A stretch of DNA of 59,588 nt, from assembly GCA_035510605.1 (NCBI GenBank), contig DATKGW010000006.1:1-59588 (forward strand), in the 5' to 3' direction. Position 1 is the first letter of the stretch, and every line of letters starts with the position of its first letter. The notes beneath the pieces were generated by a model. The model did no database searches. It was given only the letters and a program-made list of their open reading frames with translations, and was not told the DNA's origin. The stretch comes from Patescibacteria group bacterium (GTDB lineage Bacteria; Patescibacteriota; Saccharimonadia; Saccharimonadales; CAIOMD01). This document shows positions 7,268-16,398 of the stretch, in pieces. The position numbers and the translations under genes are program-made.

Positions 7268-8317
7268 GTGATTGATGCGATGAAACCATGGTATCTGCAA
7301 ACAGATAAACAAGTTCAGACTTTTTTTGATGTTGATTCGTCAGAAGGTCTGGATGAACAAAACGCGCTGGTGAGGCTTAAAAAATTTGGCCCTAACACCG
7401 ACCCTTTACTGTCTCCGGAAATGCAAGGTGTTTATCAAGTCTGGGTAAAGCGACAGGGTCAGCCCAAACGGATTCCGCTGATACAACTGGTGCCGGGTGA
7501 CATTGTGATTTTGAACTCTGGAGATAGAGTTCCGGCGGACCTGCGTTTGATAAAGGTCAACGACCTTTATATAGATCAGTCAATACTCACTGGAGATAGT
7601 CTACCGATGGCCAAAAACACGTTTGCCCTAAACGAAGAAACACCATTTGCCGACCAAAAATGTATGGCATATGCCGGTTCATTTGTGTCTTATGGTTCTG
7701 GCTTGGGGATTGTAGTGGCCCACGGTGATAAACTGGCTATAAAAAATATTTTGCCCAAAATTCATCACAGGCATAATTTAACTCCTAATTTAGCTGAGCG
7801 ACATCTTAAGAAAGCTGGGGTCGTTGTTCAAAACGCCCAAGCCAGTCACTTGCTTGGTTCGATTGACGTGGTTTTTATAGATGCTGAGATGCCCGATGAA
7901 AAAATATTGGAAATTATTAGAAAAGTCCAATTTAGTCATGGTTTACCATGTAAATTTTTACTGACCGGTTTGGTAGCCAAGCGGTTAAAAAGGGAACTAT
8001 TGGGAGCTTTAATATATCCGGGTGATCAGTTAGCCAAACATGTGCCAAAACAGTTTTTAGGTATGATTATTGATGCTCAGTTTACAGCTGATGCTGCCCT
8101 GAGCGATGTTTTAAAACTGGTTTGCACAATGCAACGTCACGGTACCAAAGTTTTATGGGTGAGCGATGGTAAAAAACCGACACCAATTATTCAAGCGGCA
8201 ACTGTCTCTCTGTTAGTGGGCAACTTGGCCAGAGGTGATTGCATCGCTCGGGCTGATCTTATCGCACCGGGGGCTGATGCGACTGTACTAACAAGTATTT
8301 TATACAACAAAAAATAA
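7268..8317 (+). CDS. P-type ATPase-like protein lacking all transmembrane segments
   Basis: It has a cation-ATPase N-terminal motif ([17 protein letters not shown]) and an actuator domain ([22 protein letters not shown]...[10 protein letters not shown]). The phosphorylation loop is degenerate (VVFIDAEM in place of DKTGT), as is the hinge (SDGKK in place of GDGxND). No hydrophobic helix is present. Confidence 0.6.
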   Translation: MIDAMKPWYLQTDKQVQTFFDVDSSEGLDEQNALVRLKKFGPNTDPLLSPEMQGVYQVWVKRQGQPKRIPLIQLVPGDIVILNSGDRVPADLRLIKVNDLYIDQSILTGDSLPMAKNTFALNEETPFADQKCMAYAGSFVSYGSGLGIVVAHGDKLAIKNILPKIHHRHNLTPNLAERHLKKAGVVVQNAQASHLLGSIDVVFIDAEMPDEKILEIIRKVQFSHGLPCKFLLTGLVAKRLKRELLGALIYPGDQLAKHVPKQFLGMIIDAQFTADAALSDVLKLVCTMQRHGTKVLWVSDGKKPTPIIQAATVSLLVGNLARGDCIARADLIAPGADATVLTSILYNKK

Positions 8318-8328
8318 GCATAAGACTG

Positions 8329-8357
8329 TTGACAAATAAAAACAATATGTATACAAT
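8329..8357 (+). promoter_or_regulatory. sigma70-type promoter
   Basis: TTGACA 8329-8334, 17-nt spacer, TACAAT 8352-8357. Confidence 0.5.
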
Positions 8358-8412
8358 GCCATCATTGCCGTAAAAAAGCAAAAATCAAACAAAATTAAAG
8401 GAGAAAGAGCCA

Positions 8413-8493
8413 ATGAATGAAATTGGTTTTAGCTATGAGCTTTCTCCTACAAACAACGAGGAACTCCAGAAGATTGACAAACTTCTGGCCTAA
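8413..8493 (+). CDS. 26-aa small protein candidate (MNEIGFSYELSPTNNEELQKIDKLLA)
   Basis: The ATG is preceded by AAAGGAGAAAG. A consensus promoter lies upstream and an intrinsic terminator downstream. It is below the ORF-track size cutoff. Confidence 0.4.
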   Translation: MNEIGFSYELSPTNNEELQKIDKLLA

Positions 8494-8517
8494 GCGGGCG
8501 TAGGAACAAGCGCCTAA

Positions 8518-8547
8518 AAAGACTCGCCAAAATAGCGGGTCTTTTTA
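8518..8547 (+). terminator. intrinsic terminator
   Basis: AAAGACTCGC 8518-8527 pairs with GCGGGTCTTT 8535-8544 (one G-U pair), followed by a T-run. Confidence 0.6.
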
Positions 8548-8557
8548 TTCTACAGGG

Positions 8558-8587
8558 TTGGCTTAACAGAGATAAATTTGTTATAGT
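8558..8587 (+). promoter_or_regulatory. extended -10 promoter for the tRNA-Met transcript
   Basis: TTGGCT 8558-8563, 18-nt spacer, TGtTATAGT ending at 8587. Confidence 0.45.
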
Positions 8588-8597
8588 ACTTCTAGTG

Positions 8598-8692
8598 AGG
8601 CGGTGCCATGTAGTGGACTTTTGCTAGTCTTTGTTTTGCACAAAGACACATGCAAGCACTATTGGTACTTGCTAAGCAAAAGCTCACTACAT
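8598..8692 (+). other. structured 5' leader of tRNA-Met (20-bp helix closing two inner hairpins)
   Basis: 8606-8625 pairs with 8675-8694 (10 bp, one G-U, one A-C mismatch, 8 bp). The inner hairpins are 8627-8633/8641-8647 and 8652-8656/8668-8672. The helix base abuts tRNA position +1. Confidence 0.5.
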
Positions 8693-8769
8693 GGCGGCGT
8701 AGCTCAGTTGGTTAGAGCGTAGGACTCATAAGCCTAAGGTCACTGGTTCAATTCCAGTCGCCGCTACCA
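8693..8769 (+). tRNA. tRNA-Met(CAU), elongator-like
   Basis: GGCGGCG UA GCUC AGUUGGUUA GAGC G UAGGA CUCAUAA GCCUA AGGUC ACUGG UUCAAUU CCAGU CGCCGCU A CCA. The D and T arms resemble E. coli elongator tRNA-Met. Confidence 0.85.
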
Positions 8770-8862
8770 TAAGCATTTAAATGGCAATATTACTGGTATA
8801 ATTACATTGACTCTTAGTAAAATATATGTTATAAATAATATATAAATATAAAACAAAAAATT

Positions 8863-10272
8863 ATGCCTGCTGTATCAGAAATTTACCCGCATTTAGATTC
8901 ACAAGAAATTGCTTCTTTGGAGCAAGAGGAATCTGGTGAATTTTTAATCACAAAGGAACTTATTGGCAAGTTGGGTAACGTAGCAACTTCGGAATTGCTG
9001 AAGACTAGCGAAATTGAAACAAATTTAGCTAATCAAACTGATGCAAATGAAAGAATATATTTAAACCCGGAGTTTACTAAACTTGAGCCTGAGCTAAAAA
9101 AAGCGATCCTTGATATAAAACCATTAGGTACTTTACTGGATACTCTTGAAAGATACGGCGATCCAGATATAGAAAAAGGGCAGGATGTAAATTTAGAAAA
9201 TATTGTATTTATTAGAGCCGCCGATTTTTATCCAGTTGAAAAAGGGGGCAAATTTGTAGTTGAAACGCCGTATGAAGCAACGAAAAATGAAGAAGACCCT
9301 GATATGGTATCGTTACGTTTAACATCACACTGGACTTTAAATCATAAGGTTACGAGTCATATGATGGGCAATTGGGAGGGGGCACCTTACACTATATTGG
9401 CACCGGGTAAGCAAATGGTAGAAATTAATGGTGCTCCTACCGACCTGTATCCGATTGATACTTTTTGGACCCGTAGTTTAGAGCTTCCAAAAGGAACAGC
9501 CATAATAAGCGTTGACAATAATTTTGAAAATAGACTAGACATTATAGATGGCGTAGATGTAATCCACGTCAAACCCAATGAGCCAGTTGATGAGGTTATA
9601 TCTTTGGTCATGAATAAAATGGGCTTTTCTGAAATGTCTGGAGGCAGTCATGGCTCAGCATCGCATGAATTTGAGAAACAGGTTACTACCACCCTGGCAG
9701 ATAAAATGGGTGTTGAATTGAGAGGAAAGCATGAGTCAGCAGCACTTCATGGCAACTTGGAAACACTTATAGAAGTCGGATTTGAGAATAGTTTCGCCAG
9801 TCTATTAGTTTCTAGAGACGAGGCAAGGAGAATAATAGTGAACGAACGGTGGGACCAATTACCTCAAAAAATGAAGGATCTGTTAATTGATAGGATGGAC
9901 ATTATCCCAGATATTGATAGTATTGGCTCTACTTTAGATGAGCAAATTGAAAGAACCAACGCTCTATTTTCAAATGGATCGAGATCTCTTCCAGAGGTAT
10001 ACAGGTTTGAGAGAAGAAAAGAAATTTTTGATAAAAAACCTCCAGAATTTTGGATTAGCTATGTTAGAAAACTGTTTCAACTAGAGAAACAGCTTAAAGA
10101 TGCGGGTAAATACGATTTTATGAGTAAGGTGACTGAAATTGAAACCGATAGATTTGGTTATATGTCTGAAGGATATATAAAAAGCCTTGCAGAACTTATA
10201 GCCGGTGATAATAGCCATGATAGTAAGCTTGAAGAACTTGAAAACCGCTTAAGGACCGAGATAGGGTCATAG
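8863..10272 (+). CDS. hypothetical protein (469 aa, no recognisable domain)
   Basis: A long uninterrupted ORF in an AT-rich block. TTGACT-17-TATAAA lies upstream (8807-8835). The N-terminus is acidic and the C-terminal half looks helical. Confidence 0.6.
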   Translation: MPAVSEIYPHLDSQEIASLEQEESGEFLITKELIGKLGNVATSELLKTSEIETNLANQTDANERIYLNPEFTKLEPELKKAILDIKPLGTLLDTLERYGDPDIEKGQDVNLENIVFIRAADFYPVEKGGKFVVETPYEATKNEEDPDMVSLRLTSHWTLNHKVTSHMMGNWEGAPYTILAPGKQMVEINGAPTDLYPIDTFWTRSLELPKGTAIISVDNNFENRLDIIDGVDVIHVKPNEPVDEVISLVMNKMGFSEMSGGSHGSASHEFEKQVTTTLADKMGVELRGKHESAALHGNLETLIEVGFENSFASLLVSRDEARRIIVNERWDQLPQKMKDLLIDRMDIIPDIDSIGSTLDEQIERTNALFSNGSRSLPEVYRFERRKEIFDKKPPEFWISYVRKLFQLEKQLKDAGKYDFMSKVTEIETDRFGYMSEGYIKSLAELIAGDNSHDSKLEELENRLRTEIGS

Positions 10273-10595
10273 AGGAAAATCAGTAATATGTTCCCAAAAT
10301 AATTATTTATAAAACACTGCTCTCGGTCTCGGCGTTTATATCTATTTATATCAGACAGCCAAAGCTTAATCATTTCTGTAAATAATCATTAAATAATTAT
10401 TCATTTGCCACATTTCTAGTAGCTCCAGTTTAATTTGGTTCCATTTCGTTACAGTCCGACCTACCAAACAAAGGGCCCTATTTTTTGGGGCTTTTTGTAT
10501 AGTAGTAACTATATTTTGATATTTACGTTAAACTCCGTCTGAATTATTACAGCCACTAATATTCTTTTACTACATACTAATGTCGTAATAATGGG

Positions 10596-11183
10596 ATGGG
10601 TGTTATGGCTAATGCTTTTGGCAATATTTATACACAGTTAGAAGATACAACTAAGTCAATCGATGCTTTTGATTTTCCGGTTAATATTATTGGCGCGATT
10701 AAAAAAGCCATCGCCACAAGAACAAGAGCCTCCACTTATCCAAAAGAGATTTTAACTAGTCCTGATAGCCATAGTCTGGCCAACGTTATAGTAAAATGCC
10801 ACGACGAACTATTTCGTGCCAAAACAGTTTTTCCTTTTACACTTTTTCCCAATAAAGTCACATTGGATAGGGAGAAGGTAACAATTATTAATCGCCCATT
10901 TTTCTATAGTGCCAAAATTATTAGCATACCGATTCGGGACCTTTTGAATGTCGAAGCCGATGTGGGTCCTTTTTTCGGTTCGATACATATGTCTTCAAGA
11001 TATTTTGCTACCACTCCCTGTTCTCTCAACTATCTTAAACGGAGCGATGCCCTGCAGCTACAGAGATTATTGCAAGGCTATATAATTTGCGAAGAGCAAA
11101 AAATAGATTGTTCCAAAACAGATAAAAACCAATTGATTATTTTACTAAATGATCTAGGCCGTGGCGATATAGGGCTCAAGTAA
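10596..11183 (+). CDS. hypothetical protein, possibly bacterial PH (bPH_2/YdbT-like) fold
   Basis: VTLDREKVTIINRPFFYSAKIISIPIRDLLNVEADVGPFFGSIHM resembles the bPH_2 pattern. The assignment is weak. Confidence 0.4.
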   Translation: MGVMANAFGNIYTQLEDTTKSIDAFDFPVNIIGAIKKAIATRTRASTYPKEILTSPDSHSLANVIVKCHDELFRAKTVFPFTLFPNKVTLDREKVTIINRPFFYSAKIISIPIRDLLNVEADVGPFFGSIHMSSRYFATTPCSLNYLKRSDALQLQRLLQGYIICEEQKIDCSKTDKNQLIILLNDLGRGDIGLK

Positions 11184-11517
11184 AACCTGTTCAATAAAAA
11201 TTGATCTAGTTGATTATCACGTATCTTATCGGGGTTGACTAATTTAGTTTTGTTTAGTTTGCAAAGATGACTACCAAATAAAAAAGCTCTCTTGTTTTGG
11301 CTTAAAATAACTGGACTTAAATCTTATTGTCTCAGTGCCAAATAGAGAGCTGAAAAATAACAATTTTTACATTTAAAATTCTAACGCTTTACTAACTCTG
11401 TCTGCAGTAATAAATTTTACTCTTTCAAAAACACTGCCGTTAAAATTATTACAGATAACTACCCAAGGGTTACTATATTATTTTGCATAACAGACACGCT
11501 AAACTTTTTGGGGAGTC

Positions 11518-11931
11518 ATGATGTCGGAGATGTATGAGGATATACACAGTAGGCTGGAGGGTAAGGATGATTTTCGTACTGCTTCTGAAGAGACATTATT
11601 TGGTCCTGTATCTGTGATTAAAGGTCTAATAATTTTTATTAGTGCAGTAATTATTAGCCTGCTGGCCTTAAGGCTTATTTTTATTGTGATGGGCACAAGT
11701 TCTGATAATGGTCTTGTTAGTTTTATTTACACCGCTACCCATCCGCTAGTAGTACCTTTTACAGGGGTATTAGATCATCATTCTGTTTTTGGGGCTATAA
11801 ATTTTGATCCAGAATCATTGCCGGAATCATCAATTGCTATTATCGTTAGTTTATTCGTGGTGTGGATATTAAACCGGTTATTGTCGGTTTTTTACTTATT
11901 TAATACTAAAAAACCTTCTCTAGACCATTAA
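11518..11931 (+). CDS. membrane protein, YggT-like
   Basis: TM helix LIIFISAVIISLLALRLIFIVMG, then FIYTATHPLVVPFTG, and a second C-terminal TM helix. Confidence 0.4.
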   Translation: MMSEMYEDIHSRLEGKDDFRTASEETLFGPVSVIKGLIIFISAVIISLLALRLIFIVMGTSSDNGLVSFIYTATHPLVVPFTGVLDHHSVFGAINFDPESLPESSIAIIVSLFVVWILNRLLSVFYLFNTKKPSLDH

Positions 11932-11988
11932 TGGACAGCGTAACAGGGTAATTTCTTTTGTGTATGATAAAAGTGTGAGTTAAGCCAT

Positions 11989-12675
11989 ATGAAATTAAAA
12001 CTGATTCAAAAAAAAGTCGAAACCAAAGATGTGGAGTCGTTTGTATTTGAGCCATCCAAACCGATAAAATGGCAAGCCGGTCAGTTTTTGCATTATGTAC
12101 TTGATCACAAAAATCCGGATGACAGGGGTATTGAGCGGTGGTTTACAATTTCTAATGCTCCGTTTGAGGATTGCCCGAGAATCACCACTCGCATAACTGA
12201 CCCGGATGGCAGTACTTTTAAAAAGGCTTTGCTGTCAATGAAAAGCGGGGATTTTATTGAAGGTGATAACCCCGAAGGTGATTTCATTTATGATAAAAAG
12301 GCTCAAAAGCATATTTTGATTGCCGGTGGGATTGGCGTGACCCCTTACCGATCAATGCTTTTACAGCTAGATCATGATGACCAACCCATTGATGCCGAGT
12401 TGCTTTATGCTAACAGGGATTCTGATTTGGTGTTTGATGCAGAATTTTCTCAGTTGGAAAATAAATATCCAGATTTTCACATTTTGCGGTTTACTGACGA
12501 TAAGTACATAGAAAAAGCCGATCTGGCTAAATATATCAACGAAAAGAGCATCTTGTTTTATATATCCGGCCCTAAAAAAATGGTAGATATTTATCAGGCT
12601 ATGCTGGCCGAACTCGGAATACCTGAGAATCAGATTATTTTAGATTACTTTCCTGGCTACGGTGCTTACAATTAA
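11989..12675 (+). CDS. ferredoxin-NADP reductase-like FAD/NAD(P)-binding oxidoreductase
   Basis: RWFTISNAP (RxYS-type FAD motif), GGIGVTPYRSM (NAD-binding), ISGPKKMV. Confidence 0.75.
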   Translation: MKLKLIQKKVETKDVESFVFEPSKPIKWQAGQFLHYVLDHKNPDDRGIERWFTISNAPFEDCPRITTRITDPDGSTFKKALLSMKSGDFIEGDNPEGDFIYDKKAQKHILIAGGIGVTPYRSMLLQLDHDDQPIDAELLYANRDSDLVFDAEFSQLENKYPDFHILRFTDDKYIEKADLAKYINEKSILFYISGPKKMVDIYQAMLAELGIPENQIILDYFPGYGAYN

Positions 12676-12728
12676 GCATAAGTACGTATTGACAAGCTAA
12701 TTAAATAAGTGTATAACAAAAAACAGAG

Positions 12729-13484
12729 ATGAATAATTTACAACAAAACAAAAATATTGCTGACTATTGTATGCTGACCGATCAGGAACGGTTGAAACAG
12801 TGGCACAGTGAAGATGCTGAAAATAAACGTCTAGCAGAAGAAAAACGCTGTCAGCCCATTAAAGAAAAATTATTATCGAAAGAATTTAAGGAAAAAATTA
12901 AAGTAATGGCCGGAGAAGCAATTAAAAGTTGTTTTGTGGTATATGACGACGGAAAGACTAGCCAAATAATTGCATTAACAGATCAAGAACCATACGATTT
13001 ATTTCAAAAGACTGCGACGGATACAGCTCTCGGGCTAGATGAATTTGAGAAATTATTTATAGATAAAGATGTTGATACTGGTGAAGTCAAACGCAAAACT
13101 GGTATTTCGATGGTTGTGTATACGCCTGATCTAGATAGCAAAGATGCAACCATAGCCACAGAGGAGTGTCGTGTTAATCCATCATTGCGAGATATTGAGC
13201 TTTTAGAGCGAGCGAGCGAATATAATCCTGGTATCACAGAAGTTCTGGTAGTAAAAGAGAAAAAAGATATGGATATAGTATTATCACGGATAAATCCAGA
13301 AAGCCATTATCACAGACCCCGGTTAGATAATTTGGGTGCAACCGCCACTAAAGAAGTTGTTCGTTCTATGTATGAAGGTAGCGGCGTTAGTGTGAAAGAA
13401 ATACATAAAAACGGTAGTGAAATTGCATACGGTCTGCAGGTTAAAAAAGCAGTTCCTAAGTTAATGCAAAAATCAGCCGCCTGA
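12729..13484 (+). CDS. hypothetical protein (251 aa)
   Basis: Uninterrupted ORF with TTGACA-17-TATAAC upstream (12689-12717). No domain recognised. Confidence 0.5.
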   Translation: MNNLQQNKNIADYCMLTDQERLKQWHSEDAENKRLAEEKRCQPIKEKLLSKEFKEKIKVMAGEAIKSCFVVYDDGKTSQIIALTDQEPYDLFQKTATDTALGLDEFEKLFIDKDVDTGEVKRKTGISMVVYTPDLDSKDATIATEECRVNPSLRDIELLERASEYNPGITEVLVVKEKKDMDIVLSRINPESHYHRPRLDNLGATATKEVVRSMYEGSGVSVKEIHKNGSEIAYGLQVKKAVPKLMQKSAA

Positions 13485-13550
13485 TTTACTGCCTAATTAT
13501 CAGTCTCTAAAGAACATTAAATTTGACCTGTTGTATCATTAGTAGCAAGT

Positions 13551-14441
13551 ATGGATGAGAAAAATACATTACCTCCGGGTAAGTATGTGGTGGCGGTGTC
13601 CGGTGGAGTAGATTCCGTTGTGTTGCTCGATGTATTAGCCAAACACAAGAATCTAGAGTTGATTGTGGCTCATTTTGACCATGGTATCAGAGAAGATTCG
13701 GCCAAAGATGCTGATTTTGTTAAACAATTAGCAGGCAAATACGGTTTAACTTTTGAAATGGCTCAAGGCAAATTGGGTAGCGAGGTCAGCGAGGCTGATG
13801 CTCGCGAAAAACGCTATAACTTTTTAAGACAGACAATGGAGAAATATGACGCCAGAGCCATAGTGACCGCTCACCACCAGGATGATGTGATAGAAACCAG
13901 CATTCTGAACATTTGCCGCGGTACCGGTCGGCGAGGTTTAAGCTCATTAAAAAGCCGCCATGATATTGCCAGGCCATTCTTGCACATCCCTAAATCCGAA
14001 TTAAAAAAATATGCCGAAGATAACGACTTAATTTGGCACGAAGACAGCACTAATGCCGACCCAAAATATTTGCGTAATTATGTACGTCTTAATGTTGTCC
14101 AGAAGATGAATAATGAAACACGGGCTAAATGGTTGCAAATCTTACAAAATATGGATCAAGTAAACAATAAACTGGATGCTGAAATCGAGCAGATTTTAAG
14201 GCACGGTTTGCATAAGGGGCAACTGGTTTTAAGCAGAAAATGGTTTATCATGTTGCCACATAGTATTGCCAAAGAAGTTTTAATGAGCATTTTAGATAAA
14301 CTAAATGCCCAGGATATTGATAAAAAAACTATCGAACGAATTACTGTGCAAATTAAAACTCTGCCGCATGGTAAGACTTTGCAAGCGGTCGGTGTAGACG
14401 TTTATTTAACAAAACGTTCGGCCAGATTTAAAAAACGATAG
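13551..14441 (+). CDS. tilS: tRNA(Ile)-lysidine synthase (short form)
   Basis: PP-loop VAVSGGVDSVVLLDVL, HFDHGIREDS, AHHQDDVIET. It sits in the usual position upstream of ftsH. Confidence 0.85.
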   Translation: MDEKNTLPPGKYVVAVSGGVDSVVLLDVLAKHKNLELIVAHFDHGIREDSAKDADFVKQLAGKYGLTFEMAQGKLGSEVSEADAREKRYNFLRQTMEKYDARAIVTAHHQDDVIETSILNICRGTGRRGLSSLKSRHDIARPFLHIPKSELKKYAEDNDLIWHEDSTNADPKYLRNYVRLNVVQKMNNETRAKWLQILQNMDQVNNKLDAEIEQILRHGLHKGQLVLSRKWFIMLPHSIAKEVLMSILDKLNAQDIDKKTIERITVQIKTLPHGKTLQAVGVDVYLTKRSARFKKR

Positions 14442-14475
14442 CCAATCAAGCTCAGAACAAGTATAATTACATCTT

Positions 14476-16344
14476 ATGGAGAAAAAGTTACCAAGAGGTA
14501 AAAATCAGACCACTCAGCGCAAGTGGTTCAAGAATATTGGCTTTGTTGTAATTGTCGGGCTGATTGCTGCGATATTTTTAGTCGGTTATAACCAGCCGGC
14601 TAAATTAACCGAAGTGCCATATAACCAAGTGATTAATAGTGCCAACAAAGGTGAAATATCTAACTTAAACGTCAATGGCGCGAATATTACGGTTACCAAA
14701 AAAGGTGATAGCAAAGCGAGCGAAAAAACCATTATGCAATCCGGGTCGGATTTGTATAACTCAGTCGGCGGCTTAACTAATCGCAATGTTACGGTTAGTT
14801 TTCAACCGGTTTCAACCAGCGGCGCAACTTGGACGGCTCTGGCGATAAACTTACTGCCGGTCATAATTATTACCATGGTTTTGGTTTTTATGCTGCGCTC
14901 AGCGCAGGGTCAGGGTAATCAGGCATTGGGTTTTGGCAAAAGCAGTGCCAGATTGTATGGTAATGAAAAAGAACCGGTAAAATTTGCCGATGTCGCCGGC
15001 AGTGTCGAAGTAAAACAAGATTTGGAAGAAGTTGTAGAATTTTTGAAATTTCCTAAAAAATTCCAGAATGTCGGTGCTCGGATACCAAAAGGAGTTTTAC
15101 TTATCGGACCGCCCGGTACCGGTAAAACATTATTGGCTCGGGCCGTAGCTGGTGAAGCCAATGTACCATTTTTTAGTATTTCCGGTTCGGAATTCGTAGA
15201 AATGTTTGTGGGAGTCGGTGCCAGCCGGGTGCGGGATTTATTTGCCAAAGCCAAAAAGAATGCTCCTTGCATAATTTTTATAGATGAAATTGATGCTGTC
15301 GGGCGCCGTCGTGGATCCGGTATGGGCGGCGGGCATGATGAGAGAGAACAAACACTCAACCAAATTTTGGTTGAAATGGACGGTTTCGAACAGGGCCAGA
15401 ATGTTATTGTTCTGGCGGCTACCAACAGGATGGATGTGCTCGACCCGGCGCTACTTAGGCCTGGTCGTTTTGATCGTCGGGTAAACATTAGTTTGCCGGA
15501 TCGTAAAGACCGTCTGGCTATTTTAAAGGTGCATTTTGCCAAAAAACCGCTGGACAAAGATGTAGATCTGGATGCACTGGCTGCCAAATCAGCCGGTTCC
15601 AGTGGTGCGGACCTTGCTAATATAACCAACGAAGCGGCCATTGTGGCAGCCCGGGCTAACCGAACCACAATTAGTTCAAGTGATGTGACCGAAGCTTTTG
15701 AAAAAGTAGCTATTGGCCCGGAGCGAAAAAGTAAGATTATGAGCGATAAAGAAAAGGAATTAACCGCTTATCATGAATCCGGCCATGCGGTTGTCGGCCA
15801 CGTTTTACCGGACAGCGACATGGTACATAAAGTCACCATTATCCCAAGGGGAAATACGGGTGGCGTGACCTGGTTTATTCCACCGGAAGATAAAAGCTAT
15901 CATTCGATTGTTGAATATAAAGATGTTTTGGGGCGAATGCTTGGTGGCCGTATAGCCGAAGAAATAATTTATGGCTCGGATAGAGTTACGACAGGAGCTG
16001 GTAATGATTTGCAGATGGCCGCCGAACTAGCCAGAGAAATGGTAGTAGAGCAAGGTATGGGTAAAAAACTGCGTGATCAAGTGTTCCACATAGATGAAGG
16101 AATGATGATGGAAAGGCTGGTTCATGAGCGGCAATATTCTGACGAAACAGCCAAAGTGATTGATGAAGAAGTGGAAGAATTAATAACCGAAGCCGCCAAG
16201 CGAGCCCGAATTGTAATTAGAGCCAATCGTGAACCATTGGAAAAATTAAAAGTTGCGCTGCTGGAAAAAGAAACCGTCGAAGCTAACGAGGTTGCCGAAA
16301 TATTAAAAGGTACCAAATTGCCGAAGGAAGCAACTTTATATTAA
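14476..16344 (+). CDS. ftsH: ATP-dependent zinc metalloprotease FtsH
   Basis: [28 protein letters not shown], Zn site HESGHAVV, two N-terminal TM helices. Confidence 0.97.
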   Translation: MEKKLPRGKNQTTQRKWFKNIGFVVIVGLIAAIFLVGYNQPAKLTEVPYNQVINSANKGEISNLNVNGANITVTKKGDSKASEKTIMQSGSDLYNSVGGLTNRNVTVSFQPVSTSGATWTALAINLLPVIIITMVLVFMLRSAQGQGNQALGFGKSSARLYGNEKEPVKFADVAGSVEVKQDLEEVVEFLKFPKKFQNVGARIPKGVLLIGPPGTGKTLLARAVAGEANVPFFSISGSEFVEMFVGVGASRVRDLFAKAKKNAPCIIFIDEIDAVGRRRGSGMGGGHDEREQTLNQILVEMDGFEQGQNVIVLAATNRMDVLDPALLRPGRFDRRVNISLPDRKDRLAILKVHFAKKPLDKDVDLDALAAKSAGSSGADLANITNEAAIVAARANRTTISSSDVTEAFEKVAIGPERKSKIMSDKEKELTAYHESGHAVVGHVLPDSDMVHKVTIIPRGNTGGVTWFIPPEDKSYHSIVEYKDVLGRMLGGRIAEEIIYGSDRVTTGAGNDLQMAAELAREMVVEQGMGKKLRDQVFHIDEGMMMERLVHERQYSDETAKVIDEEVEELITEAAKRARIVIRANREPLEKLKVALLEKETVEANEVAEILKGTKLPKEATLY

Positions 16345-16398
16345 ATATTTTTGCCTTAAAAGTGCATAAACAACTTATAATCAAAACAGAGTTTTAAA

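Noticed and set aside
14919-15668. Long antisense ORFs inside conserved genes: 249 aa opposite ftsH, 204 aa opposite dnaK (22775-23389), 170 aa opposite rny (49490-50002), 136 and 124 aa opposite the flavoprotein (4868-5336), and several opposite dnaJ, recA, pilC and rel.
   Set aside because: Each lies fully within a well-supported gene on the other strand. Their composition is low-complexity and rich in Ser, Ala, Pro and Arg, as expected of antisense frames. None has a start context.
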